A stretch of 63,919 nt of DNA, filler included, from Octopus bimaculoides (taxonomy: Eukaryota): the NCBI RefSeq assembly GCF_001194135.2. It is 6 parts of 6 records of this genome, joined end to end, with 100 filler letters (N's around TTAATTAATTAA, not from the genome) between each part and the next. Parts side by side here need not be neighbours in the genome. Positions count along the whole stretch, not along the records: positions 1 to 16,594 come from NC_068984.1; positions 16,695 to 22,639 come from NC_068987.1; positions 22,740 to 42,207 come from NC_068995.1; 3 more parts are not named here. One strand, 5' to 3'. Numbering within the stretch: position 1 is the stretch's first letter; every line of letters starts with the position of its first letter. The translations under genes and the position numbers were made by a program. The notes beneath the pieces are model-generated. The model searched no databases. It was not told the DNA's origin and worked only from the letters and a program-made list of their open reading frames with translations. Below, in pieces: positions 12,801 to 25,300 of this stretch.

Positions 12801-13871
12801 AGGGGCTGTGTGTGGGAGGTAGAATGCTGNNNNNNNNNNNNNNNNNNNNNNNNNNNNNNNNNNNNNNNNNNNNNNNNNNNNNNNNNNNNNNNNNNNNNNN
12901 NNNNNNNNNNNNNNNNNNNNNNNNNNNNNNNNNNNNNNNNNNNNNNNNNNNNNNNNNNNNNNNNNNNNNNNNNNNNNNNNNNNNNNNNNNNNNNNNNNNN
13001 NNNNNNNNNNNNNNNNNNNNNNNNNNNNNNNNNNNNNNNNNNNNNNNNNNNNNNNNNNNNNNNNNNNNNNNNNNNNNNNNNNNNNNNNNNNNNNNNNNNN
13101 NNNNNNNNNNNNNNNNNNNNNNNNNNNNNNNNNNNNNNNNNNNNNNNNNNNNNNNNNNNNNNNNNNNNNNNNNNNNNNNNNNNNNNNNNNNNNNNNNNNN
13201 NNNNNNNNNNNNNNNNNNNNNNNNNNNNNNNNNNNNNNNNNNNNNNNNNNNNNNNNNNNNNNNNNNNNNNNNNNNNNNNNNNNNNNNNNNNNNNNNNNNN
13301 NNNNNNNNNNNNNNNNNNNNNNNNNNNNNNNNNNNNNNNNNNNNNNNNNNNNNNNNNNNNNNGAGAGAGTAAGGGTGAGAGAGTAAGAGAGTAAGAGTTT
13401 AGAGAGTAAGAGTGTAGAGAGTAAGAGTGAGAGAGGGGGAAGTACGAGAGAAGAGAGTGAGAGAGAGTAAGAGAGAGGAGAGAAAGAGTAGGGGTGGTAG
13501 GAGGGAGGGTGGGGGAGAGAAGCAGGAGGAGGGGGTTAAAGCAGTAAGTCCCACGGCAGTTACTGTCTCTTTCAAGTCCTAGAACTTGTAAGGGTCGATT
13601 AATTGGTTTCCACGGTGTAAAAGTGGCTGAGAGCACAATATTCACCCTTGAACCAGACGCCAATCCGTCACAGAGTCATTCATTTACATCTGAGTGAACT
13701 GGAGCAACATGAAATAAAGTGTTTCCCTCAAGAACACAACTCGCCGCCAGATCCAGGAATCGAAACAGCTATCTTGCGGTCTTGAACGTAGCATCGTAAG
13801 CCCCAGAGCTTTACTCTTTTAATGGTTAAGTGAATTCTTTTCGAATAATTTTCTGAAAAAGAAAACTGAAT

Positions 13872-14190
13872 ATTGTTACCTCAACAATATTGAGGCCGAA
13901 TATGATGGTGATCTCAGAGCAATCCAAACATATGTTTCTGTTTGAAATCTCTGTCCCCCGAAAGGGCAACATTGAGAGAACAAATGAAATCAAGTGAAGA
14001 AAATATTCCGAGAAAAATGTGGAAGGTAAGATGCGATCTCTTCGATGTAGTATGTAGGGGGATATACTGTCCAGTCTCTCTGCAAATTTTACAACGTTCA
14101 GCATTGTAGAGACCAGAAGGAAGAATGCCATCAAATTAGTTGTGAAAAACAGTAGAGGTTGCATCAAGGTAACCGTAGCCTGGGTGTGAG
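13872..14190 (+). mobile_element. HERO/NeSL-like LINE, restriction-like endonuclease remnant
   Basis: LRPNMMVISEQSKHMFLFEISVPRKGNIERTNEIK*RKY, (alternative frame) DVVCRG, RRKNAIK match the LRPD..IELTVPWE..ERKxxKY..VEVGCRGF..RRxAIK pattern. Confidence 0.55.
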
Positions 14191-14822
14191 CCTTGGAAGG
14201 GGCAGAGCTACAAGGGTTAATGATAAGCAATACAAACCGAGTCTAAATCAACCCTGGCTAGGTCATTTGTGTGACGGTAACTCATGTTGATTGACGCGAA
14301 ATACATAATGACCCCCAGCACACATCACTGATAATGTGTCTACAGGCATTACAGAATCATGAATGGAAAATTTAATACTGGGGGCTTTTTACAAACTTTA
14401 TGCAAATTCATTCCATCTTTAAATCGTCTAAAGCATGACTTGCTTTCAAACTCTACACAGTATTGTTTCTATAGTACATATGCCTAAAGCTGTTTCTTTG
14501 AATCTTACAGTTAATACGATTTTTAGTATATTGTAGTTAAGATGTTACTTTTGCAACCACATGGTTTTGGGTTCAGTCGCATTGTACGGCAACTTGGTCT
14601 TCAAGTATAGCCTCAGGGCGGTTAGTTTAGTTAACCGAAACTGTGAGCAAGCCGATTGAGTATATATGTGCAAATATTGTAATAAGAAAATGGAGGAGAA
14701 TACGCGGTATCCATCGACTTGCAGACATGTACATATAGACTCCAGGCAGGGAGTCTATACGCCAATGAAACCGGAAAACCGGGCCTTATGATCCAGGCAT
14801 GACTCGAGAACGAACAAACAAC

Positions 14823-14853
<31 letters not shown>

Positions 14854-15131
14854 NNNNNNNNNNNNNNNNNNNNNNNNNNNNNNNNNNNNNNNNNNNNNNN
14901 NNNNNNNNNNNNNNNNNNNNNNNNNNNNNNNNNNNNNNNNNNNNNNNNNNNNNNNNNNNNNNNNNNNNNNNNNNNNNNNNNNNNNNNNNNNNNNNNNNNN
15001 NNNNNNNNNNNNNNNNNNNNNNNNNNNNNNNNNNNNNNNNNNNNNNNNNNNNNNNNNNNNNNNNNNNNNNNNNNNNNNNNNNNNNNNNNNNAACAGACGA
15101 AGACAGGTGGTGTAAACAACAAATGGATGTA

Positions 15132-15159
<28 letters not shown>

Positions 15160-15165
<6 letters not shown>

Positions 15166-15373
15166 GTTGTCCGGAAAGTTCGTGCCGATTTATAGTAGCT
15201 TACCTTCCGACTTATTTGCCATGAAACCACCTCAATTCTGGGAAGAGGGTATTTTCAAGTTAAAGGAAAGATGGAGACGCATTGTGCAACAAAATGGTTC
15301 ATATTTGGTTGATTAAAAATGTAATGGCAAGTATTTATTGACCTTTTTCTTTCCGTTACAAATCGGCACGAAC
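15160..15373 (+). mobile_element. mariner-derived MITE (internal deletion derivative)
   Basis: Left end TATTGGGTTGTCCGGAAAGTTCGTGCCGATTT, partial right end AAATCGGCACGAAC (15360-15373), internal FWEEGIFKLKERWRRIVQQNGSYLVD* = mariner C-terminus; sits in a (TA)n tract. Confidence 0.8.
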
Positions 15374-16319
15374 AAACAAATATATATATATATATGAATG
15401 TATGTATGTATGTATGTGTGTGTGCGTGTGTGTGTGTGTGTGTAAGTGTGCAGGTATTTTGTCGGTGTCCAAATTGCTTAGCAAGCAGTCTTGTGTTGTT
15501 ATATTGTCATAAAGTTCCCAGCCAACAAATTCACCAATGAGGCATTTGTCTGCTCGGGACTGTAACAGAAGACACTTGACCAAAGTGCCGCAAAGTGAGT
15601 TTGAGCCCGAATCCACCTAATTACAAACGAGCTTCTTAGCAACACAGCCATGTCAGAGCCTATGCAAAATTAATTACACATTTTTTAAGCATACTTAATT
15701 CCATATTTCCGTTTATTCTTTTACAGCGGTAAACAATTATTTCTAAAATTAATGTGTTAACTTAGACCAGAATTTAGTCCAATATGTTTTAGGATATTTA
15801 CATCCCCAATATTCCTATATAACATGATTTAAATTTAAATTTTGCTCCATCTTCCATATTCACTTTTGTTTTTCTTTGTCCCTGTAAATATCGTATTTAA
15901 ACATGTTACTTTCTTCTCAAAGTTTACAATTTCTATTTAAATTTAAATCAATATTCAACCATTAGAAAGCTAAAAATTCTCTAAATATCGATCAAAATAC
16001 ACTTAGATTCAGGTTTCCATCCACCTTGAAAGTAAACGCCTCATTCTCATATTTTTACTGCATTCCATTTATGGCGTTCTTTGCTTTCCTACGTTTAATC
16101 TTATATTAGGAATGTAGAAATGCTTGTTTTCTTTTTCTCATTAAAACCAAAGAAATCAAGAATGATTGAAATAAACGTGTAACCTTGTTTATAAATATAC
16201 AAGTCATTATTTAAAATTGTATGTGTTTGTATACATCGTGAGGAAGAGAGAGAGCGAAGAGAGATGCGTATATGCATACATAGCAATAGATAGACAGACA
16301 GATAGATAGACAGACAGAC

Positions 16320-16358
<39 letters not shown>

Positions 16359-16594
16359 AGCATATGTATGTGTATATGTATGTATGTAAGCATGTATGTA
16401 TCAACACCATTGAGGTTTCCACCTTTGAGTTTACGTGATTAAAATCGTCCACGAGTTACGGTTATCAGAAACAACTATAAAACGGAAATGGATAAGTTTG
16501 CAGTTGATATATCGAAACATCTGTAAATACCCGTAAGGTTTACGTAAATATTAACAAGTAAAATAGAATAGGCTATTCGTTTCATTGAATAATT

Positions 16595-16694
16595 NNNNNN
16601 NNNNNNNNNNNNNNNNNNNNNNNNNNNNNNNNNNNNNNTTAATTAATTAANNNNNNNNNNNNNNNNNNNNNNNNNNNNNNNNNNNNNNNNNNNN
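16595..16694. other. Artificial scaffold join: 44N + TTAATTAATTAA + 44N
   Basis: 12-mer at 16639-16650 gives stops in all six frames; identical layout five times. Confidence 0.95.
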
Positions 16695-16997
16695 TATGTA
16701 TGTATGTATGTATGTATGTATGTATGTATGTATATGTATGTATACATGTAACAATGTATGCATGTATGTGTGTAGGTGTATATGTTGATACGATATGTGT
16801 GTCCTACTTCGATATAACTACTACTACTACTACTACTACCACCAACAACAACAACACCAACACCAACACTACCACCATTACTATATCGCCATCACTTCCA
16901 ATATCATTACAATTATCATCGAAATTATCACACATTCCCATTACCACCGCCACAACTATCTTTATTGCTTTATTGCTATTATCCCTGCCACCACCAC

Positions 16998-17063
<66 letters not shown>

Positions 17064-17065
17064 CA
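16695..17065. repeat. Compound microsatellite (TATG)n, (TAC)n, (CAA)n, (AAT)n
   Basis: Direct reading; source of poly-Y/Q/H/I/T pseudo-ORFs. Confidence 0.9.
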
Positions 17066-17778
17066 TGAAGCTCATGGTGATAATCATTCATGATCATGAT
17101 GATCGTAATGATAATGGTGTCACATCGTGCACCGCAGTTGCAGCGTCCTACTGGCCCATTTTTATAGCTTACTCTGCACCCATTCATTTCACACGAGCCT
17201 ACGCTATCAAAAGCGCATATCTATATGAATATATGCACGTGCAAACACGAGTAGTACATGTGTAATGCGTACATGCATCAAGCTCAAAAGTAACGGGCAT
17301 AAACGAGTACACATTGATGTATTCGCACGCGCGCGTATAGGCGTGCATAAGTACTTTTATATAGATCAATAGTCATACTGCTATTGAGTACTTTGTAGCA
17401 GCTCATTGAAAAGACACAGCGCAGTTTGTACCACATGGTATAAGAATATATACTTATATATATATATATNNNNNNNNNNNNNNNNNNNNNNNNNNNNNNN
17501 NNNNNNNNNNNNNNNNNNNNNNNNNNNNNNNNNNNNNNNNNNNNNNNNNNNNNNNNNNNNNNNNNNNNNNNNNNNNNNNNNNNNNNNNNNNNNNNNNNNN
17601 NNNNNNNNNNNNNNNNNNNNNNNNNNNNNNNNNNNNNNNNNNNNNNNNNNNNNNNNNNNNNNNNNNNNNNNNNNNNNNNNNNNNNNNNNNNNNNNNNNNN
17701 NNNNNNNNNNNNNNNNNNNTAAGTGTCAAATATTTTTACAGATATATATATATATATATATATATATTCGAATATAAA

Positions 17779-18345
17779 TTAGAAGCAGCTCAAGTGTTGT
17801 AAACAATATCGAACACACATATTCAATGTATGCGCTTTGCTTGTTCGCCAGTCAGTTTCGATTTGAGGCTTTAGAGATGACTTTCTTAAGGTACCGGGTG
17901 TTCAAAAGCCTGGAAGTCAGTCATAGAGAGTCGAGACAACTTACCACGAGTCCCATTCAGGAGCAAAGGACATCGATGTTTCGTTATTTTTGTGACTTAT
18001 CAACATCGCATACCGGAACCGAACCTGAAGCAAATTGAACAGCTTGTCTATGACTATGTGTTAAATGGTGTAAAAAAAAAAAACCATCTGATGGTATGCC
18101 TGAACGATGCATACTTAGGAATAAATTCAAATAAGAATTAGAAAGCAGCTCGAGAGTTCGCTCCTGAATGGGACTCAGGGCGAGTTACTTCCCGTGGCGA
18201 TGGCTGCCCTTCAGGTGTTTTAACACCCGGCACTTTGAGAGAGCCGTCTTCAGTGCATCGAATCGCAATCCACCGGTGAACAAGCAAAGCACATACATTG
18301 AGTATGTGTGTTCGATATTGTTTACAACACTCGAGCTGTTTCTAA
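17779..18345. mobile_element. Fold-back pair: two inverted, diverged arms of about 186 bp (17779-17964 and 18160-18345)
   Basis: GTGTTGTAAACAATATCGAACACAC at about 17794 is the reverse complement of about 18306-18330; GAGTCCCATTCAGGAGC (17948-17964) is the perfect reverse complement of 18160-18176; the sequence between also aligns. Confidence 0.85.
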
Positions 18346-19237
18346 ATCATTGTGAAGCAGAATGTTTGCGGACAACTTATACGAAACCTATAGCTTTTCT
18401 ACCCTGATTACAGATTCGGATTTATTCCTAAAATTATTGGTACACTTTGCTACGTTAGTAAATATGGAAATTGATAGCGCAAAAATTTACTGACAAAATG
18501 TTTAGAAATCCTTCACTCTAAACTTGAGGCTACGTAAATTTGACTAGATAGTCCTTCATTAGGTCACTTCTTGTTCAGTTGGTAACAACTTTGTAATACG
18601 AAGCCACAGATACGCTTAGTCCATATGATGTACAGCAGAGAATGAAAGAAGCATCTTAAATTTTCACTAAAACTGTGAGAAAGTTGCATAATGAGCAGTG
18701 AGTCAACGCGCCAGAATGTCACTCACTTGTAACTTTAAAAGAAACATAAAAAGGTTGATTTGACATCCAAACTAAGCACAGTTAAATATTGTAGAATAGA
18801 ATGTTATGTTATATTTACATTAACTGTCTCAAGCCAGCATGACTGTGATTGATGTGAGACTACGCATATAGTATGAGTTGTATGAAGGTAAAACGGTGAG
18901 GTGCGCTCCACCTAGATATAAATATCTACCACCACGAGGAGTTGCATTCCATCAAGCTGTACATAACACCAGATTGAAATGCAGTCAACCTAGTTGTAAG
19001 TAGGTACCTAAGGCACAGGTAAGTTGTGTTGGCCCGTGGTTCGTCCTTACCTATGCAGTACAGAGCGGGCAGGCAAACAGCACAGACGTGGCATGTAGCA
19101 GTATGCAATTAAATAAAGCTTGTATGGACATGTAGGTTCTGATGACTACCGGATATTACAAATCTACTCCGTTGTCGGAGCAGAAACGAAAACAATTAGA
19201 TTATTGGTGCAAAACAGAAACTCCAGTTGCTCCAGTA

Positions 19238-19475
19238 AGGCGGCGAGCTGGCAGAAACGTTAGCACGCCGGGCGAAATGCTTAGCAGTATTTCGTCTACC
19301 GCTACGTTCTGAGTTCAAATTCCGCCGAGGTCGACTTTGCCTTTCATCCCTTCGGGGTCGATTAAATAAGTACCAGTTACGCATTGGGGTCGATATAATC
19401 GACTTAATCCATTTGTCTGCCCTTATTTATCCCCTCTATGTGTAGCTCCTTGTGGGCAGTATAGAAATAAGAAAC
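19238..19475 (+). mobile_element. SINE family A, full length with 16-bp target-site duplication
   Basis: AGAAACTCCAGTTGCT at 19216-19231 and 19470-19485; close to family consensus. Confidence 0.92.
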
Positions 19476-20684
19476 TCCAGTTGCTATACGTGTGACGCAA
19501 AAATCCAGTTGAGGGCTTCCTGTCCAGAGTCTTTGAAAAAGCAAGGGAAGAAGCAACAACGAGTCCCAGAAACTTATTTTTCCTAAAGCAACACCGAACT
19601 AGTAAAAACTTCGCCTCACTTTCAATACCGGAAGCTAACAACCAGTTGTACCACCATATCATCTTCATATGATGGGGAGTAAATGTAGGATGAAGATCAG
19701 GGGAGAACTATTTCGGAAGGCAAAAAATTAGGGAGAAAAGGCTTAAAGGAAGAGAAAAAATGAGCCTAGACCAAAGGTGTGTAAAACCAACGAAGAGTTT
19801 ATAAGCACATATTATTTTCATCTCTCGTCCAAAACTAACACAAGATTCATGATTGTGCAAACCACCATCAAGCTTTAGATAGAACTAATGGAAGATGGTG
19901 AAAACGATAATCTCATCACAAAGGAAATAGAGCCAGAATTTTAAAAAATACTCTGATGAAAGACTGTTTAGTGAAACAATCGATAGTACGTCTTCACCAG
20001 GAACTAGCTAGTTCAGCGGACGTGGGATGGTGCTTGTTTCGTCTTGAATAGAAAGAATGCTCATGGGAAGTTTAAGATCTACCAGGTTGCAGAACGATAA
20101 ATGAAAGACCACCACCGGAAGCATGGTGTTCTAATCCAGCCTAGGAGGCGACTTCTCATCCTAATGTAGAAGGGGTGGCTTTTATTTGTTTCTTTATTTA
20201 TATTATTTATATTTATATATCTAGGTACTATTTATTGATGTATTTTAATCAAAATATTTAAGAAGACTCAATACATTGTGTCGTGTTTTCGCCTTCCACT
20301 CATTTTTATGTAATTCTCTGTACATACCACACAAACTGCAAACCCATTTCGAAGCAGGTTTTGTATGTTTTGGCCCTTGTGGTAAATAAATGAAAGTGTT
20401 GTTGTTGTTTCTGTTGTCTTGTTGATATTAGAGTGGTGGATCAGCGGAATAGTTAAATACAACTACGGATAAAATGCCATGCTACATTTTCTCCGGCCCT
20501 CTACGTTCTAAATGCAGAGCCTGCTGAGTTCAACTTTTTCTTTCATCTGCCCGGGATTGATAAAGTACCAGTCAATACAAGGGTTTGTTTGTTTATGTTT
20601 GTCCTAATTTCAATTTAACATATGATAGCGTCTCATAAAGCGAGATTTCTATACATCTTAAATTTGCAGAAGAATCTGTAGTGG

Positions 20685-20758
20685 GGGAGTTTAGCTCAAT
20701 TGGTCAGAGCATCGTGACGCGTAATCACGGAGATGTGAGTTCGAGTCCACAGCTAACC
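20685..20758 (+). pseudogene. tRNA-like sequence with CGT in the anticodon position (Thr-like pseudogene or solitary SINE head)
   Basis: D-arm GCTC-AATTGGTCA-GAGC, anticodon arm TCGTGA-CGCGTAA-TCACGG, T-loop TTCGAGT; G at position 33, T-stem one base short, two acceptor-stem mismatches. Confidence 0.6.
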
Positions 20759-21015
20759 ACCTACACTTTTTTCTGCAAAATAGGGGTAGTTTATCCTGTT
20801 CAGGCTATATTATTAGCATTATCATGCGATTGAGAATTTAAAATCAATTATTATTATTATTATTATTTGAACCTGTGGAAGGCATACTAGATGCTGAAAT
20901 ATCGTTCACGTGATAACAATGGCATTCTTCTTTTTTATTTTTGCATACCTACTGGAGAAGTTGCCTCAATCCTATAAAAAAAAAAAATAATAATAATAAT
21001 AATAATAATGATAAT

Positions 21016-21784
21016 AAAGACAGAGAAAAATCCCAGCAATGGCTGAGAAGCTCAGGACTCAAAGCAGAGACTGAAGGATTTTTAATTGCTGCACAAGACC
21101 AGAGCCTCCCCACCAGAAATTACCAAAAACACATAATGAAAAGAAATATAACAAGTAACTGTAGAATATGTGGAGATCGACAAGAAACAATAAATCATAT
21201 TATCTCTGGCTGCCCAGTCCTGGCTAAGAAGGAATATATTCACAGACACGACAGAGCTGGGACCTATATACACTGGAAGCTATGCCAACACTATGGAATA
21301 ACANNNNNNNNNNNNNNNNNNNNNNNNNNNNNNNNNNNNNNNNNNNNNNNNNNNNNNNNNNNNNNNNNNNNNNNNNNNNNNNNNNNNNNNNNNNNNNNNN
21401 NNNNNNNNNNNNNNNNNNNNNNNNNNNNNNNNNNNNNNNNNNNNNNNNNNNNNNNNNNNNNNNNNNNNNNNNNNNNNNNNNNNNNNNNNNNNNNNNNNNN
21501 NNNNNNNNNNNNNNNNNNNNNNNNNNNNNNNNNNNNNNNNNNNNNNNNNNNNNNNNNNNNNNNNNNNNNNNNNNNNNNNNNNNNNNNNNNNNNNNNNNNN
21601 NNNNNNNNNNNNNNNNNNNNNNNNNNNNNNNNNNNNNNNNNNNNNNNNNNNNNNNNNNNNNNNNNNNNNNNNNNNNNNNNNNNNNNNNNNNNNNNNNNNN
21701 NNNNNNNNNNNNNNNNNNCCAAGGCGCACAGAGCTGCGCTCGGTAGTGAAGTGAAAGCACATTATAAAAATAAAACTACTGAAC

Positions 21785-21790
<6 letters not shown>
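21016..21790 (+). mobile_element. R4/Dong-clade LINE 3' fragment (CCHC knuckle + RHD; RLE hidden in gap)
   Basis: WLRSSGLKAETEGFLIAAQDQSL..CRICGDRQETINHIISGC..RHD; 3' UTR matches the copy at 40448-40865; (AAT)n on both sides. Confidence 0.88.
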
Positions 21791-21853
<63 letters not shown>

Positions 21854-21854
21854 G

Positions 21855-22485
21855 TTAGTATTATATTGTCTTTGCACAGTTTTTAACGCTGGAGATGTAC
21901 TACGGAGTCAGCTGTTCACTACCAGTGAACTAAGGTAACACCTTTTATTTTTTTAGCACCATCCAGTGTATTCGGGCGGTTCCAAGCAGTGCTGTTTTCT
22001 GCAAGTGCTCCACCTTTATTGCAGCCCCCTATTTGTTCCATGTACTTCTCAAGACTTTTACCCACTGTTCCCAGGGCTCCGACAATTATTGGTACTACTA
22101 CCACCTTTTTCAGCGACCACAACTGCTTAACCTCCCAAGCTAACCTGTCATATCTATCGACTTTTCTTTCTTCCTTATCGCATACCTTGTTGTCAGATGG
22201 GCATGCTCTATCTACGATCCAGCATCATTTGCTTTCTTTCTCAATTAACACTATGTCTAGTTTCCTATTCTCTATCTCATGGTCGCACTGAATCATAAAA
22301 TCCCATAGGATCATTGCATTATCATTTTCGATGATGCCTTCGGGTTTATGTTCGTACCACTTTTTTGCTCTGTCAAGTCCATACTTGTTGCAAAGTGTGC
22401 AATGGACAATCCTTGCTGTATTGTCATGATGTCTCTTATATTCTTTCTGGGCTAATGGTGTACATTGACTGGTAATATGCCACAC
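21855..22485 (-). mobile_element. Second R4/Dong-type LINE 3' fragment, different subfamily
   Basis: CTPLAQKEYKRHHD..KPEGIIENDNAMILWDFMIQCDHEIENRKLDIVLIEKE..MWSLKKVVVVPIIVGALGTV with stops and frameshifts; (TTA)n on both sides. Confidence 0.85.
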
Positions 22486-22503
22486 GGTTATTATCCTTAT
22501 TAC

Positions 22504-22566
<63 letters not shown>

Positions 22567-22568
22567 CC

Positions 22569-22605
<37 letters not shown>

Positions 22606-22639
22606 CAACATCATCATCATTATTATTATCATTTTTATT

Positions 22640-22739
22640 NNNNNNNNNNNNNNNNNNNNNNNNNNNNNNNNNNNNNNNNNNNNTTAATTAATTAANNNNN
22701 NNNNNNNNNNNNNNNNNNNNNNNNNNNNNNNNNNNNNNN
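22640..22739. other. Artificial scaffold join: 44N + TTAATTAATTAA + 44N
   Basis: 12-mer at 22684-22695. Confidence 0.95.
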
Positions 22740-22801
<62 letters not shown>

Positions 22802-23324
22802 TGTATATACGCACATATATATTATGCATATACATAGACAGATAAACATATAGACAGATATCTAGAGACGAAATAGCCAGAAAAAAAAATAAAGACAGTA
22901 AGTTAGTGCTGCATACACGTATGTATGTATGTATGTACACACAGATAAATAGTAAGGCATATACAGACTATCATTTAACAACAAGAAGGATAGACAAACA
23001 GAGAAATAGATGTTTAGCTTGCTTTCTGGACAGACATACAAACTGATAGATCAGTTATAATTAATGCTTACATATTAATGTAAGTATTAATGCAAGTGGT
23101 GCACCAGCATGACCGCAGCCACTTGGCTGAAACACATAAATAAATAAATAAATAAATATATGTGTGCATGTACATGTAAGACACACATACGTGTTTGTGT
23201 GTGAGTGCGCGCTTAATACAGATGAGATAGATCACATACATAGGTAGAAATTGTATTCGAACTAAAAAGAAAATAGAATAAATAAAACGAACTATGCCAA
23301 AATCTGAAACCATTATTATGATTA

Positions 23325-25098
23325 TGAGAGAGAGAGGGAGAGAGAGATTGGCAGAGATGGAAAATGACAGGATGTGTTTATAGTCAGAATTGATTGTCTA
23401 TAAAAGAACGAGGTAGATTAGTAATAACACTTACATTAGATCCCGATTCTAGTGACAGAAATAATTAAGTTTATACTGATGCTGTCCACTGTACCGGTAT
23501 CTCCTCGGCATGATATTCTCAGAGAGGACAGTGCGTGTTGTAGATTTCATAAGTGATGAGATTATAGTGATGAAGGAAACTGCGTGTTTGTTCTGTGAGG
23601 TGATGGTGGGAGATAAAACAGATAGAGAGCGGGTAAATTTTAAAGAAAGAGAAAGATTAGTGTTGGTGAGGTGTGAGATGGTAGAGCGAGTAATACTTAT
23701 ATGTGGGGAGAGAGAGAGAGGGGCATAGTAAGAGATTGAATTTGTGTGTATGCTGGAGAGAGATTATAATGTGGTAGGAGGTAGTTATACGAAGAGCGAA
23801 AGAGAGAAAGAAAGACATACACAGAAGACAGTGAAAGAGTAAGACAGAGAAAAAGAGAGAGAGAGAGAATGTGCAGATGAGTGTGTGTGTGTGCTCCCTG
23901 AGATTATAGAAAATAGTAATGATAGAGCGGGTGGTTTTAGAGTGAAAGAGAGAGACAGATAACTGTTTGTGAGTTGGTTATTCGTAGAGCGAGTCATAAA
24001 TATATACAGAGAAACTGAGTGTGAGTGAGTGAACGTTTTATAAGGTGGAAAAGATGTATGTGATTTATGGAGAGATGGAGTTTGAGTATGTTGTGTGTTC
24101 CGTAGAAGCCTTCTCTTATAATTCCATTTATATCTAGAATATTAAATCGTCCCCAATACTTGATTAGTATTTTATTTTATTGTTGTTGACTACAGAAATA
24201 TGGAAAATCAAGTTGACCTTGGCGGAATTTGAACTCGAGAATGTAAAGGGATGTAACTAAATACCGAAAGCATTTTTACGCCTCTGGCAAACCACCGCTT
24301 ATGTGGTAGGAGTAAGTAAATAATGAGTGAGAGAGGGGGGAGAGAGTGACAGAGAGAAACAAAAGCGGTAGAGAGAGAGAGTGAAGTTGTGATTATACAA
24401 CTTTGGAGAGCAAATAGCGATAGAGAAATAAAGAGAGAGTGTTTGTTTTTAAGGTAAGAAGAGAGAGGGAGAATAAGAGAGAGTGTGCTTTGCGAGTTAG
24501 TAGTAGGCAGAGTTGACAGCATAATACAAAGAAAGGGGAAGAGAAAGAGAGAAATAGTGTACTTTTGTGAGAAATCGATAAGTAAAACAAACTGAGAGAG
24601 GGGTAATGAGGTGTAGTGAAAGTAGCGTACTTTGCAAGGGGAGTGAGTGGTAGATAGAGCAGAAAGAGCGAATAATAAATACAATAGGGGTGGGAAGAGA
24701 GGTGGTGGTATTATATGAGTGGTAGTAGGAGGTTTGTAGCGAAGCGAGAGAAGGAATGAGAAAAGGTGCATTGTTTATGGGAGTAATAGGAAGAGGAAAT
24801 TAAATGAATAATAGAGAGGTAGATGGATAAGACTGGAGGGAAGAAAGAGAAATAGTCATTCGTGTGTTGGCAGAAGATAAAAATAAAAGAGGTAATAGTT
24901 CTATAGAGGAGTGGAATTTGTGAATTGGTAGGTGTCATAAGGACAGATGCATGGAGATATACTGAGTGAGGAGGAGAAGAGTGGCACCTTTGAGGAGCGT
25001 TCTGCATGACTACAGGGTAGTCACACATCTCTGCATAATCAAAGCCGATATAAATGTTGATTGGTTGTTGTCATACACAGAGGGAATGGCAAGAGAGG

Positions 25099-25133
<35 letters not shown>

Positions 25134-25300
25134 TAAAAGAGAGATTGAAAGTGAGTTAACATACGGGGCATGATGGCAGGCAATGAGTGAATGTGAGAGA
25201 ATGTATCAGACTTCGGAGAAGAACGAAGGGGAAGAGGAGATGGGGAAAAAAAGGGAGAGGAGAGAGTTAAATGACGGAGTAATTATGGCAGGAGGGAGTT
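23325..25300 (+). repeat. About 2 kb purine-skewed (A/G-rich) degenerate low-complexity tract
   Basis: Strong G/A excess and C depletion on +; recurring GATAGAG(AG)CGGGT and GTAGAGCGAGT.ATA about 300 bp apart (23620-23700 vs 23920-24000). Confidence 0.75.

Noticed and set aside
12761-13663. Long ORFs spanning N runs (also 32768-33712, 50321-51097, 59736-60628, 61472-62317)
   Set aside because: Length comes from N gaps translated as X
16639-16650. TTAATTAATTAA palindrome repeated five times as a possible regulatory or recombination site
   Set aside because: Always centred in an exact 100-nt N block; synthetic spacer
18990-19055. Consensus donors CAG|GTAAGT (+, 19019) and AG|GTAAGG (-, about 19050)
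   Set aside because: No convincing acceptor or coding frame pairs with them
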